Positions 41,341 to 52,097 of a stretch of 64,000 nucleotides of DNA are shown one piece after another. Numbering within the stretch: the stretch's first letter is position 1; every line of letters begins with the position of its first letter. Position numbers and translations under genes: made by a program. This DNA is from Terriglobia bacterium (GTDB taxonomy: Bacteria > Acidobacteriota > Terriglobia > 20CM-2-55-15): contig OZ252023.1 of the NCBI GenBank assembly GCA_965247425.1, positions 488,533 through 552,532 on the forward strand, in the 5' to 3' direction. The notes below the pieces were generated by a model, which searched no databases, had not been told where the DNA came from, and saw nothing but the letters and a program-made list of their open reading frames with translations.

Positions 41341-42063
41341 ATGCCCGGCCAGTCAAGAGAGGAGCGAATGATCCGGGTCGTTGCGGTTGTGGCCATCATC
41401 GCGTTGGGCCTCTGGGTGTTCAGCGGCTCTCGCGCACGCCGGGACCCCATTCCGGCGTTGGTGGCCGAGCTTGCACGGTATCCCGAGTATTCGGTCATCG
41501 TGGACGATGTCAACGACGGGTTTCTACGAAACTCCGTGACGCTCCAAAGCAGCTACCGGATCACCGAACCGATCGGCGAGAACCCCGACGAGGGGGAAGC
41601 GGCCCAGTTCGAGGAACGGTTGGACACCTTTTCCATCTCCGACAGGCTGGCGACCCGCTATGAACAGGCCATCGGTATGGTCGTGGCGTCGAAGACCGCG
41701 GACGGCGTCCTGACCGGCTACGCCCAGAGCTACCCTCCCTACTATCAGCATGTGGGCCGTAGCCAATACGGGTATTTTGGTCCCGGCGGTTTCTGGATTT
41801 TTTACGGGCAGTACGCGTTTATGAGCAGGGCGTTGGGTGGGCACCGGATCGGACGTGGAGATTACGACACCTACGTCGGCATGAGGAACCGCGGTCAGTC
41901 GTATTACGGCCCTCAAACAGGAGGGCGACCCACTTTCGGCGCGAACGGTACCGCGACGGCCAGAACCCGGCCGTCTTTCTCCCAGCGGTATCAGGCCAAA
42001 CAGTCCCGTTTCCAGGCCAGAGCCCGCAGTCGGGCAGGGGCGGGGCGCAGCCTGGGAAAATGA
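41341..42063 (+). CDS. Membrane-anchored protein with Gly/Tyr/Arg-rich tail ending in GK
   Basis: N-terminal hydrophobic anchor, PPYYQHVG...YG...GGFWIFYGQYAFM, C-terminal RARSRAGAGRSLGK. Confidence 0.8.
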   Translation: MPGQSREERMIRVVAVVAIIALGLWVFSGSRARRDPIPALVAELARYPEYSVIVDDVNDGFLRNSVTLQSSYRITEPIGENPDEGEAAQFEERLDTFSISDRLATRYEQAIGMVVASKTADGVLTGYAQSYPPYYQHVGRSQYGYFGPGGFWIFYGQYAFMSRALGGHRIGRGDYDTYVGMRNRGQSYYGPQTGGRPTFGANGTATARTRPSFSQRYQAKQSRFQARARSRAGAGRSLGK

Positions 42064-42096
42064 TCTTCGATCGACGGATACAATAGGGATTTCATC

Positions 42097-43104
42097 ATGA
42101 ACAAGCGGCCGGTCATTCTCTCTGTCGTACTTCTGTTAGCCGTTCCGATATTTGCCGGACTGGGACTTACCCTCTCCGCGCAAACTGCCGCACCGCAGCC
42201 GGCACAGGTTTCTCTGACAGATAATCTCTATCTGATCGGCGAATCATTTTTTTATATCCTCGAGGCGTTTGTTCTCTTCTGGATCGCCAAGCTCGCTTAT
42301 TCGGGTCTCTATCGGCGTGTGGATCTGAATGCCGAACTCTTCACCCGGGATAACCAGGCACTCGCAGTCTCCACGGTTGCATATTATTTTGGAATCCTGA
42401 TCGCCTTCGGGGGGGCGATTTCGGGCGAATCGCAAGGTCTCAGCACGGACATCGTGACGATCGGTATCTACGGTCTTTCCGCGATCGTCCTCATGCTCCT
42501 GGCGAGTTACATGTGCGAGAAGATCCTTCTGCCTTCATTCAACAACACCAAAGAGGTGGTCGAAGATCGCAACCTCGGCGTGGGGTTTGTCGAGGCTGGT
42601 GTGTACATCGCCAACGGCCTGATCATTCTCCGGGCCACCGAAGGCGATGCGGGGGGAGCTTCTCCCGCCTCGAGCGCATTCGCCGCGGTGGGCTCCGGCA
42701 TGCTTGTCCTGCTGGCTTTCTGGCTACTCGCCCAGGTGGTGCTCGTGATCGCCGGAAGGCTGTACGAACTGGTGACCCCGTACAACTTTCTTGAAGAACT
42801 GGAGCGAGACAACGCCGCGGTAGGCCTGGCGTTTGCAGGGGCGCTCATCGGTATCGGCAACATCATCAGTCTGGCTATCGGCGGCGATTTCACCGGTTGG
42901 ATGGACAGCCTCACCTTGTTCGTCGTCGACGTCGGGTTTGGCTTCATCATGCTGTTCGTCGTCCATAAATTTACCGACATCCTGCTGGCGCCCGGCGTCA
43001 AGCTTTCCAGCGAGCAGACCCAGGAACATCCAAACATCGGCGCCGGCCTCCTCGAAGCGTTCGGCTATGTGGGCGCCTCGATCCTGATCGTCTGGACCTT
43101 CTAA
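42097..43104 (+). CDS. Duplicated DUF350 membrane protein
   Basis: Repeated helix + N.A/G.G/A motifs (DNQALAV, DRNLGVG, DNAAVGL, PNIGAG). Confidence 0.8.
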   Translation: MNKRPVILSVVLLLAVPIFAGLGLTLSAQTAAPQPAQVSLTDNLYLIGESFFYILEAFVLFWIAKLAYSGLYRRVDLNAELFTRDNQALAVSTVAYYFGILIAFGGAISGESQGLSTDIVTIGIYGLSAIVLMLLASYMCEKILLPSFNNTKEVVEDRNLGVGFVEAGVYIANGLIILRATEGDAGGASPASSAFAAVGSGMLVLLAFWLLAQVVLVIAGRLYELVTPYNFLEELERDNAAVGLAFAGALIGIGNIISLAIGGDFTGWMDSLTLFVVDVGFGFIMLFVVHKFTDILLAPGVKLSSEQTQEHPNIGAGLLEAFGYVGASILIVWTF

Positions 43105-43120
43105 CTATTCGACGCAAAGA

Positions 43121-43198
43121 CGCAGAGGCGCAGAGATCGGAGGGAGATCGTCGGACCTTTAGCCGGGAACAAGAAAACCAGATCTCTGCGCCTTTGCG
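43121..43198. repeat. 18-bp inverted repeat between convergent genes (REP-like; possible terminator)
   Basis: cgcagaggcgcagagatc ... gatctctgcgcctttgcg, 1 mismatch. Confidence 0.65.
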
Positions 43199-43211
43199 CC
43201 GAAAATCCCTC

Positions 43212-43610
43212 TTACCCTGAGTCTGCGGGAGTGCTGGCGCGAGGGGTGCGTGTCAAAGTCCGTACGTCGACTGCTAAAGGAGCTAGCTCTCGAACCAACG
43301 TGTCCATGACGCTGGAAGGGTCGAGAGGGCCGCAAGCGAAGATGTCCAGCGCCAGATATTGCAGCTCGGGATAGGTATGAACGGCGGCATGGGATTCCTC
43401 GAGGAGGACCATCCCCGTAAACCCCGCGCCACGCTCGACGAAGTGATGCTCCACGCTTTTGAGGGAGTGAAAGCCAGCCTGGTCCAGCGCTTTCTTCAGG
43501 GCACGCATGATCCGATCGCCGTCACCGAGGAGGGCCGGCGACAACCCCGTCATGTCGGCAATCAGATGCCGTCCAAGGACTTTTCCACCCGCTTCTCCAG
43601 CTTCTGCCAT
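43212..43610 (-). CDS. speD: S-adenosylmethionine decarboxylase proenzyme
   Basis: GRHLIAD, LLEESHAAVHTYPE (E-S pyruvoyl cleavage site), ALDIFACG. Confidence 0.92.
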   Translation of the reverse strand: MAEAGEAGGKVLGRHLIADMTGLSPALLGDGDRIMRALKKALDQAGFHSLKSVEHHFVERGAGFTGMVLLEESHAAVHTYPELQYLALDIFACGPLDPSSVMDTLVRELAPLAVDVRTLTRTPRASTPADSG

Positions 43611-43632
43611 CCCTTACTTCTTACCACACATA

Positions 43633-43854
43633 GGGTCCGCTCAAGAGTAACTTCGCAGAATTGGCGCCCAGCTTTGCGTCAGATTCGGTCGCGACCGATT
43701 GAGCAGACCGGAGGAATAGCTCGCTATTTCGAGGATCTGCGATTGAGGAGTGGCCGAAGATGAGGTAGTGCTCAAGTTTGAAACTTGATTGAGCACTACC
43801 GAAGATGGCGTGAAGATGGGATGCCAAAATGTGAAGTTATTCTTGAGCGGGCCC
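43633..43854. mobile_element. MITE copy A with nested 37-bp palindrome
   Basis: TIR gggtccgctcaagagtaacttc / gaagttattcttgagcgggccc; highly similar to 58760-58959. Confidence 0.85.
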
Positions 43855-44573
43855 TTAGCGAGCAGTTTCCTACTGCCGCGCCTGAACTTACGATCGAAAG
43901 CCCGGACATTCGGAAGAACGTCAACGCCTACTGACGCGCCACGCTCCAGGATCCGGATGCGCTGCCGCCGTCAAGGCTGCAGGACCAACTCCCGCTTGCT
44001 GAGGCGCTGCTTGAAGTGCCGAGTGAGAATTGCCCGCTAAACGTGCAGGAGGCACCGTCCACTGCAACCGCTCCCGAAGTCGAAAAATTGGCCGATCCCA
44101 GGGCCCCAATCGCACCGGAACCCCCTCCCGGCGCCTGAACGGTGATGGCTCCGTTGGTAACAGTAAGTCGGGTCTGGCCGCTTGTGCCTACGGTGATGCC
44201 GGCCACGGTCGCGGACCCGGAATAGGTGCCGACATAAACACCATCGAATGGCGAAGACGCAGGATCGTCAGGCGGTCCCGATCCCGAGCCGCTCACAAGG
44301 ATCGGCTTGCCACTGGTCACACCGTTGCACGTTGCCGTGACGCTGACCGCCCCTTCGTCAGGTCCCATGGTTAACACACCCGTGTTAGGGTCGATGCTGG
44401 CGACGTTGCTACCAACCGGATTTGAAACGGCGAATCGAGGCGTACATCCGACGACATTACCGTTCGTATCCTTGGCAACAGCCGAGAACTGGACCACGGT
44501 GCCGGGTGAAAGGAAGCCTGTCAGGTCGGGGTTGGAGAATACCTGGACCGTTTCTACTGGGCCTGGGACCACC

Positions 44574-44714
44574 GGCGGATCGGTGGTGGGCGGATCAGTG
44601 GTGGGTGGATCAGTTGTGGGCGGATCCGTGGTGGGTGGATCGGTGGTGGGCGGATCGGTGGTGGGTGGATCGGTGGTGGGCGGATCGGTGGTAGGCGGAT
44701 CGGTGGTGGGTGGT
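44574..44714 (-). repeat. 15-bp tandem repeat encoding (TTDPP)x9 linker
   Basis: ggat recurs every 15 bp from 44577 to 44697 with synonymous variation. Confidence 0.95.
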
Positions 44715-47143
44715 AGGTTTCGAGCCGCCTCCACGATTGGCAGACACGTCGTTTTGTCGGCAAGCAAGGCGCCCGGTCCGGTTTGCTCGATCGGGTTCGG
44801 GGCGACTCCGAGCAGCGCTCCTCGGGCCTTGTCGACTATCTCCACAAATTCGTCCCCCCACCCAAAGCCACCCAAGAGCTTTTTCGTTCCGGCGCCCGTC
44901 ACTTTATCGAGCACCAGGCTGACGGCGCCTTCAGCGGCCAGTTGCCGGATTGGAGTCACATAGTCGACGTCACACGGCTCAAAATCCTGAAACCGATCGC
45001 CAAGAATCCGATCGGTCTGGGTTTCCTGGTGATACACGTAGAGGCCTCCGGCCGCGATGCTCGCGATCAGAATGAGCGGGGCTGCGATTGTCGCAAAAGT
45101 ACCCAAAGCCACACTGCCCCCGACCAATGCGGCGATACCCAGGAGCCCGAGCAGGAATCCACTGAGGGCCGTAAAGTCCCGGACGCCGTCGAGAAGGTCC
45201 TTGCTGGATTTGTCGATACCTACGGTGAGGCCGTGCCCGAAGAGTCCGAAGCCGAGACCCGTTTCTGTTCCGATGGCGGTTTCGAGCGCGGAAGTGCCCA
45301 GCATTCTCCCCGCGTATGCCGAGAAGATCCGGTCCATCAGAGCCAGCACGTCCCTGTCGATAAACACGTCTCCATCATCCCCGCTGCCGAGAGTGACCCG
45401 TTGGACCTGGCCCGTAGCGACAAGTGCGACCTGGTCTCTCAGGGCGAGTAGATCGGCCTGGGTGCTCTCTATGGCTGCTACAACGGAACTGGCGTCGATT
45501 ATCCCGGCTGCGGCCTCCTCAAGGCGTGTCCACTGGGTCGGCGCCTGTCGGGCCAGCAACAGGAGCTGATCGAGGACCTGCAGCGTGACCTGTCCCGGCT
45601 CCCCTTCGGAGGATGGCAACTCTCCGATTAAAAAATTGTCGATCGGACCGAACAGGGCAGATCCACCGGGAAATTCCTGTCTCAAAGAAACCGAAGCCCT
45701 GCCGGAGCCGAGCGTCAGCGATTCCGGGTCGATGAAAAACGGCACAGTCACCCGAACCTCGTCTCCGTCCACGGACCGTACAGGGACATCAATGGACCGT
45801 GACGTCGCGAATTCAAATGTGGCAAACGTTGCGACGGCCGGGTCCAGCCCCTCGGCTCGTAGAACGACGATGTCTCCCGGCGTCGCCGAAAGAGACGTCA
45901 AGTTGAGGGCAGCCGGTGGGACGTCGTCGCCAAGGAGTTTGACCTCGAGGCCCGTACCCGTAGGCGTGGAAAAACTGAGGACTCCTGAGGTCGCAGCGGT
46001 ATTGCCGCCGTCAAACAGGATCAGCTGTGTCGTAAAACCGCCACCGTCCGCCAGATGTGGAAAAACCAACTCTGTGCCCACGGGCGATGCGTTCTCGTCG
46101 ACCGGACTGGTTGTGGCAATGAGAAAATCCTGCCTTTCATTGTAACGTCCGCGAAGACCCGCTACGGCAACTCCCGCAAGAGCATTCGTTGTTATTCGAA
46201 GGATTCCCTGCAATGGTTCCGGCAAGCTTTCGAAGCCATCGATCAGCTTCAGGAACTTGGCCACCTGTCCGTTCGGCAGCACACTGATCTGGGCGCCGAG
46301 TCCGGTGGGTACGCCATCAAGCGTCGTCAAGGCCAGATCCACTGTCGCTGTGGCCGCGCCCGAGTTTGAAAGCACCAGACCGCTCTGGACCGAACCGATT
46401 CCCTGGGCTTCAAAATCGCCGGATGCCTCGGCATAGAGGCGGAAAGCCTTGCCCTCGGCCACCGGAGGTACGCCGGCTTCGGTGACTGTCACGCCCTCCT
46501 GTCGGAACGAAAAGATCACGGCACCCGACGGAGTGAAATTTCCGACGCGGGGCTTGATGCTGACCCATCCGGTACGGGGAGGGAGTCCCAGTCCTCCGCT
46601 CACCAGTCTCCGGGCGCTTCTTGGTGGAATTGAATAGCCGTACGTGTTCAGCGCCACAGGTGTACTGATCGAGTTCGGCAGGCTTGAAGTCGTTACGGTA
46701 TTCGAAAACTTGATCGTGCCTTCCAACGTGAAATCCGTTGGGTTGAACAGAACGACCTGCGTGGTCCAGCCTCCGCCATCTGCAAAGTGGGGGAAGACGA
46801 TGTCCGAGGTGGTAGGCGAGGCCAGATCGGCCACGGGGAGGGTTGTCTGGGTTTGTCCACCCGGTCTGGCCCACTTTTGATCGTCTGATTTGGCCCACCC
46901 CCTCCTGTTAATAATTCCGAGTAGTGATAATTACCGTCGGGCCTGTGTTGTAGATGTGGGAAAGCCGAGCGCCCTTGGCGAGGCTTTTCCAAGCGCTGTG
47001 GGAATCCTGGTTTTTAGGATTTCCACAGCGCGTCATCTTCCACAGGCCTCCGTTTCTTTCTTTTTGGTTCTTTTTCTTTCTTTCGGGAAAAAACTCCGTT
47101 TCCAGGATCGCCCAGGATCGACGACCGCGCGGCGATCCGACCC

Positions 47144-47956
47144 TCAGGACGTGGTTTGTTTCGCGGGTTTCTCCTTTCCAGGCGGATGCCGTGGTTTCTG
47201 TCGTTTCTCCAACGTGCGCCGAAACCGGAAGGATTCGGTTCCGGTCTCGATGATGTGAGCGCGATCGGTTATCCGGTCCAGCAACGCCTTGCACAGCCGA
47301 ACATTGGGAAACACCTGGGTCCATTCCGAGAACGGCAGATTCGTTGTCAAGATCACCGTCGCCCGCTCGGCTCGATCCGAGATGACTTGAAAGAGGAGTT
47401 CGGCGCCGAGGTCTGCCATCGGGACATAGCCGACTTCGTCGATGGCAATCAACTCGTATCGGAACCATCGGGCCAGAACCCGGCGGAACTGGTCGTTGTG
47501 GTGGGCCTCGACCAACTCGTTGATCAAGCCGGCGGCCGTCGTAAAGCGAACCCGCTTCTTCTGCCGACAAGCGGCCACGCACAGTCCTGTGGCCAGGTGC
47601 GTCTTGCCCGTTCCACACTCCCCGATCAGGACGACAGGTTCGGCGTGTTCTAAATAGCCACCGTCTGCGAGTCCACGGATCCGGTTGGCTGGAACCTTCG
47701 ACCGCGAGAAGTCAAAGTCCTCGAGTGTCTTCATTCGAGGGAAACGTGCGGCTTGAATCCGCCGGGCCACGGTGTTCCGTTCGCGTTCTTCAACTTCCAT
47801 CGCCAGCAAGGCTTCCAGATACCGTGTGTAGGTGTGCTCTTCCCGCTGGGCCTGCTCGGCCATGGCCGCAAACTGCGTTCCGATCGTGGGCGTCCGGAGA
47901 GCTTTACAGTACTGCTGAATCGCCGCCTGTTCGACCCCGCCGGCTGTGGCGGACAC
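47144..47956 (-). CDS. istB: IS21 helper ATPase
   Basis: Same as copy 1 except EAQH to EAHH. Confidence 0.97.
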   Translation of the reverse strand: MSATAGGVEQAAIQQYCKALRTPTIGTQFAAMAEQAQREEHTYTRYLEALLAMEVEERERNTVARRIQAARFPRMKTLEDFDFSRSKVPANRIRGLADGGYLEHAEPVVLIGECGTGKTHLATGLCVAACRQKKRVRFTTAAGLINELVEAHHNDQFRRVLARWFRYELIAIDEVGYVPMADLGAELLFQVISDRAERATVILTTNLPFSEWTQVFPNVRLCKALLDRITDRAHIIETGTESFRFRRTLEKRQKPRHPPGKEKPAKQTTS

Positions 47957-49488
47957 TAGACCACCTCCGCAGTGAGCAGTGCATCGTAAGTATTCACCTC
48001 CGGCAGGGGCCGCTCATAAGCGCGTAGTGCGGCCACTTCCAGTCGCGGCGCCGCCGGCCGGTCGAATCGGGCCTCGGTCATCAGGTAGCGCGCCGCGGCG
48101 GCATCGGAGCATCCCAGGCGCAGGGCTTGTTGGAATGCGGAATCCAGCTCGCTATAGCCATGTTCCCGGCCCAGTAGGAGCAACTCCACCATTGCGCGGG
48201 TCCCATTCTGTTTTCCGTTGCGATCGATCAACGTCTGCCAGAACTCGTCATAGCTTTTCGGCCATCGGCCCTGTTGCCGCCATTGCTCCAGAGGCTTGCT
48301 CCCGGCCAGCGCGCCCGGCTTCCGCTCCAACACCTCCAGATAATGTTCCAGATTGAAGAAGTGCTGGCCGTTTCCATATCCTCGCTCATGCCGCGCCACG
48401 CATCCGCCATCGTGCCAGACCTCCACGTAGGCCGGAAAAACGCTCGCCCGCACCACAGTCCCGGCCTTGACGGGGGCGGAGTAGAAGTTGTTACGCACCC
48501 GTACACATCCCTTACCATCGACTCGTGGAAAGCTGTCCTCGGCCAGAGGGAACCCTTCGGTCGATAACGCGAGCAGATGGGGCTGTTCGATCTGCATCCC
48601 TTCACCCACCGTCTGGACCCGATCGCCGATCTTGCGCCGTTCATCGGCACGGCAACCGGCCAGCAGCTGCGCATTCAGATCCGCCAGGTCCTTCGCCTTC
48701 GGCACCGGTACCAGGTGATTGCGCCGGAAGTATCCGGCTTCGCCTTCCACACCGCCTTTCTCGTGGCCCTCGCCGGGTGTGCAGAACTCGGCTTGAAACT
48801 TCCAATGCGACCGAAACGCGATGAACCGTTCGGTCTCTACACGCCGGTATCCCCGCAGAATCTTCTTCACCGCGCTGGTCAGGTTGTCATAACGCAGCAC
48901 CCCGAAGACCCCCGCAAAATAGCGGAAACCCAACTCATGAGCCTCCAGGAATGCCTGTTGTGTCGCCCGAGGATAAGCTCGATGGAATGCGCCACCACTG
49001 CCCATGCTCCGCATACAGAAAACCTGGAGCTTCTGCCGTTCGCCATCCAACTCCGCGACGGCTTCGTACCAGTCGATCTGTGCTTCCTGACCCCAGGCGT
49101 AGCTTTGCGGCACGAACGTCTCCTGTCGGATGAAACCCATCTCCCGCTTCCGCCGCCCGACATACCGGCGAACCGTCGATTCCCCAATCGGATGTTTCGG
49201 AAATTCCATCCGGATCCGTTCGTAGATCCGGTGACTGGTGTGCCGCTGCTTCCGCGGGGCCTGCCTGTCCGCCTCCAACACCCCGTTGATAAATTCCATA
49301 ACCGGCTCCAGCCTCGGCCTCTTCCGCTCCGGGCTCTTCCTCGCCGGCGGCACGGCGTTTCCCAGCGCTTGACGCACCATCCGCCGATGCACCCCCAGCC
49401 GCCGGGCCACACCCTGGATCGTTTCCACACCAAACTCGTGCTCTCGCCGAATCTCTTCAAATAATTCCACCTTCGATCTCCTTGACAC
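47956..49488 (-). CDS. istA: IS21 transposase
   Basis: Same as copy 1 except GVGT to GVET. Confidence 0.97.
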   Translation of the reverse strand: MSRRSKVELFEEIRREHEFGVETIQGVARRLGVHRRMVRQALGNAVPPARKSPERKRPRLEPVMEFINGVLEADRQAPRKQRHTSHRIYERIRMEFPKHPIGESTVRRYVGRRKREMGFIRQETFVPQSYAWGQEAQIDWYEAVAELDGERQKLQVFCMRSMGSGGAFHRAYPRATQQAFLEAHELGFRYFAGVFGVLRYDNLTSAVKKILRGYRRVETERFIAFRSHWKFQAEFCTPGEGHEKGGVEGEAGYFRRNHLVPVPKAKDLADLNAQLLAGCRADERRKIGDRVQTVGEGMQIEQPHLLALSTEGFPLAEDSFPRVDGKGCVRVRNNFYSAPVKAGTVVRASVFPAYVEVWHDGGCVARHERGYGNGQHFFNLEHYLEVLERKPGALAGSKPLEQWRQQGRWPKSYDEFWQTLIDRNGKQNGTRAMVELLLLGREHGYSELDSAFQQALRLGCSDAAAARYLMTEARFDRPAAPRLEVAALRAYERPLPEVNTYDALLTAEVV

Positions 49489-50499
49489 CGGGTCCCTCCA
49501 TTCCGACTCTTTGTTCGGAACAGCCTCTCCGGTTCAGTCGTCAGGGGTGGGCCAAATCAAACGATCAAAAGTGGGCCAATTTAGAGTAGCGAAATCAGTT
49601 GTCAGTAGAAAATCCGACCGTTCGTTCACGAACCCGCGCAGCGCAGTCGCCCCGACCGGTAGAGACGATGTAAACGTGAATGTCCCCGTGATGGTCGAGC
49701 CGCCGTCGAACGGAGCCTCATCCAGAAACCGTGCGATCTGGCCGTTCGCCGGGATCGTTGTGCTGCCTTCGGCAAACCGGCCGCCGATTTCGTCAGCGAA
49801 AAAAAAGGAAATCGTGACGAGTTGAGAATTGGGGTTGGCAATCGCAAGCCCTGTCCGTACCGCCCCCTGGACTTCGGCGTAGATTCTCCCGCCCTGAATC
49901 AGCGGGGAGGCGGGCACTGCGGCTTCGGTCACCAGCACTCCGTTCTGCCGGAACGCGAAGATGGCCAACCCCGACGGCACGGAGCTTCCGTCTTGTGACT
50001 CTAGGCGACCATAACCGGTGTTTGCGGATTCCGAAGCTCCCGAAGTGGTGCGGACAAAGCCGCCGAGATTCAGGACCGAGACCGGCGTCGTGGTTTGCGA
50101 CCAGGAAGGCAGACAATCAGCCAGCAGGACCAGAATGAAGCAAGCGCAGTGCGTCAAGCGCATCACCTCACCGTTCCACGGTTGATAACCCACTGCTGTG
50201 CGATCTCGTAATGGGCGAGTGCCATGTGACGCGTGCCTCGCGCGCGCTCCTGCGCCATGCTGTCAGAGATGCGTAAATGATATAGAACGGGGGAGTTGGG
50301 GTCAATCAGGTAACCAGGCCGGCAGCCATTTCGGAAGTCAGGGAGGACGGAGTGTCTGGAAGGGGCTCTGGAAGGGAAAAGGTCGAGGAGGGAGAGGAAT
50401 TTGAAGTGAGGGGTATTTTCGAGAGACAGGTATCCGTAGCGGGTCCAGCCCGGTGATTGGGGTCAGGCAGGCGCGTGGAGACCAGGGAAACGAGTCAGT

Positions 50500-51693
50500 T
50501 CAGCTGGAGTCGGCTGGGGTTGGGGCAGACAGAGCGAGGCGAAGCAAACGAAGAAGCTCGATGGAGGTATGCGGGCGATGGCGCCCGCGATGCAAATGAC
50601 GCAATCGATACAGACGTTCGATCGTGAGAGCCAGGCTTATGAGGAGCCAGTGGAGAAGCAAGCTGTTGGCGTGGTGATGGGGGATATGGGCCATCCCATA
50701 ACGGTTCTTGGCATCGTTGAAACCTTGGTTTTCGACTTCCCAACGACTCTTGGCCATGCGAAATAAAGTGGGCGCTCCCACTTGGTTCATCGAGAAATTG
50801 GTCAGCCAGTAGGCTTCGACCACCGATCCATCGGGTTTCTCTTGCCGGTAGCGGATCACGCGCACGGTCGGCCAGTTCAATCGGCCCCAGGGATCGAAGT
50901 CGTCTGCATCCCAGATTTCCACCCGATCGGCTCCATCCTTGAAAACCCGGGACGGCGGCTGACAAGCAAACCGGCTTTTGGCGGCGTTGAACAAGCTCGG
51001 AAGATTGGCTTTGAGACGGACGATGGTCTTCAATCCCAACTCGTCGGCCAAGTGCAGGAACGGAGCCGACGCATAGCCCCCATCGACAACAACATAATCG
51101 GCAAAACGCGGCCCCAACTGCCCCACCACCCGACGAAGCAGTCGTTGCCCCCCCGACCATTCGCTATCCCCACTACCGTAGGGTTCCACATCGACCGGTA
51201 AAGTGAACCCGGTGCCCACGATGGTGGCCATCACGACGTGGTGTAAGTAGGTGGTCACCTCCCCCTCGGCGTTGCGATGGGGTCGACACCACTGACACCC
51301 GGCCTCACCGACACGCCCCACGGTTGTCCCGTCCAGCGCCAGGCCGATGAATCGGCAATCGTCGAACGCTTTATTGCGCTTGGCCTGCTTGATGGCTGTG
51401 GTCAACGCGCCGCGCGTGAATTCCGGATTCAGCTTCTCGGTAAAATAGCCCAGCGTGTCGTCGCTAAAGCGGAGTCCGATTCCCAAGGCCCGACACGCCG
51501 AGGATCGTGCGAGCGACTCGATGGCCAGGAAGCTCGATTCCCGCAGCAGATACCCGATCACCAGAGACCAGATCAGATGCCCACTTCCGATCTGCGGTCG
51601 CACCCGCCCATCTCCGGGGTGATTCAAATACCCCTTCAGCCGCAAACACTTTCGCGCGTACCGTCGTATCCCTCGTGCCGACGGACCTTTCAC
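50500..51693 (-). CDS. DDE transposase (IS4-like superfamily)
   Basis: ALDGT, VVVDGGY, RWEVENQGFNDAK. Confidence 0.88.
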   Translation of the reverse strand: MKGPSARGIRRYARKCLRLKGYLNHPGDGRVRPQIGSGHLIWSLVIGYLLRESSFLAIESLARSSACRALGIGLRFSDDTLGYFTEKLNPEFTRGALTTAIKQAKRNKAFDDCRFIGLALDGTTVGRVGEAGCQWCRPHRNAEGEVTTYLHHVVMATIVGTGFTLPVDVEPYGSGDSEWSGGQRLLRRVVGQLGPRFADYVVVDGGYASAPFLHLADELGLKTIVRLKANLPSLFNAAKSRFACQPPSRVFKDGADRVEIWDADDFDPWGRLNWPTVRVIRYRQEKPDGSVVEAYWLTNFSMNQVGAPTLFRMAKSRWEVENQGFNDAKNRYGMAHIPHHHANSLLLHWLLISLALTIERLYRLRHLHRGRHRPHTSIELLRLLRLALSAPTPADSS

Positions 51694-52097
51694 CGGCGCT
51701 TCCGCTTCTCACGTTGTTGCTGGCGCTCCAGCACCAACAACTTCGCGTTCGCTGTCAGCACCTCCCGGATCGCATCCTGAAACTCCCGTCCCGCTCCGAC
51801 ACGCTTTTGAATCTCCTCAACCATGGCAGCTGGAACGTGTTCGACATGCTTCTTCCCGTCCATCATGAATGTCCAGGACCAGGATGGGTGCCCTTCACCC
51901 GACACACACCGGCACGTCGGCTTACCGCACCGGGTGTAACTAATCGACACCGAGCCAGGCAGCAAACCGTCGGGTATCTCATGGCGCTCGATCAGGCTGT
52001 ACTTCCGCCGTCGCAGTCGCGACGCAACCGCTCCCTTTACCTGATTCAACTCAAGCCATATCTTTTTCTTCTTCATCTGACGGTATATATACCACAA
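51690..52097 (-). CDS. Small IS-associated Cys/His protein (DUF6788-like); true start probably downstream of 52097
   Basis: LLPGS......RCGKPTCRC..GEGHP; 4-bp overlap with the transposase. Confidence 0.8.
   Translation of the reverse strand: MWYIYRQMKKKKIWLELNQVKGAVASRLRRRKYSLIERHEIPDGLLPGSVSISYTRCGKPTCRCVSGEGHPSWSWTFMMDGKKHVEHVPAAMVEEIQKRVGAGREFQDAIREVLTANAKLLVLERQQQREKRKRR

Larger units (their letters stand above)
46848..49597 (-). mobile_element. IS21-family element, copy 2 (2750 bp), inverted relative to copy 1
   Basis: Same ends as copy 1; 6-bp target duplication GTTGTC (46842-47, 49598-603). Confidence 0.97.
43928..50163 (-). pseudogene. Large secreted FPHxAD-repeat protein split by IS21 (49598-50163 + 43928-46847)
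   Basis: Signal peptide MRLTHCACFILVLL; removing the IS and one GTTGTC copy gives DFLLTTLPVADLA, matching paralog EFLITTLPVAPL. Confidence 0.88.

Noticed and set aside
44574-44714. CRISPR-like short repeats
   Set aside because: Contiguous 15-bp coding repeat with synonymous variation and no spacers
13537-49597. Composite transposon that already moved as a unit
   Set aside because: Each IS21 has its own target duplication and its own interrupted gene with matching halves
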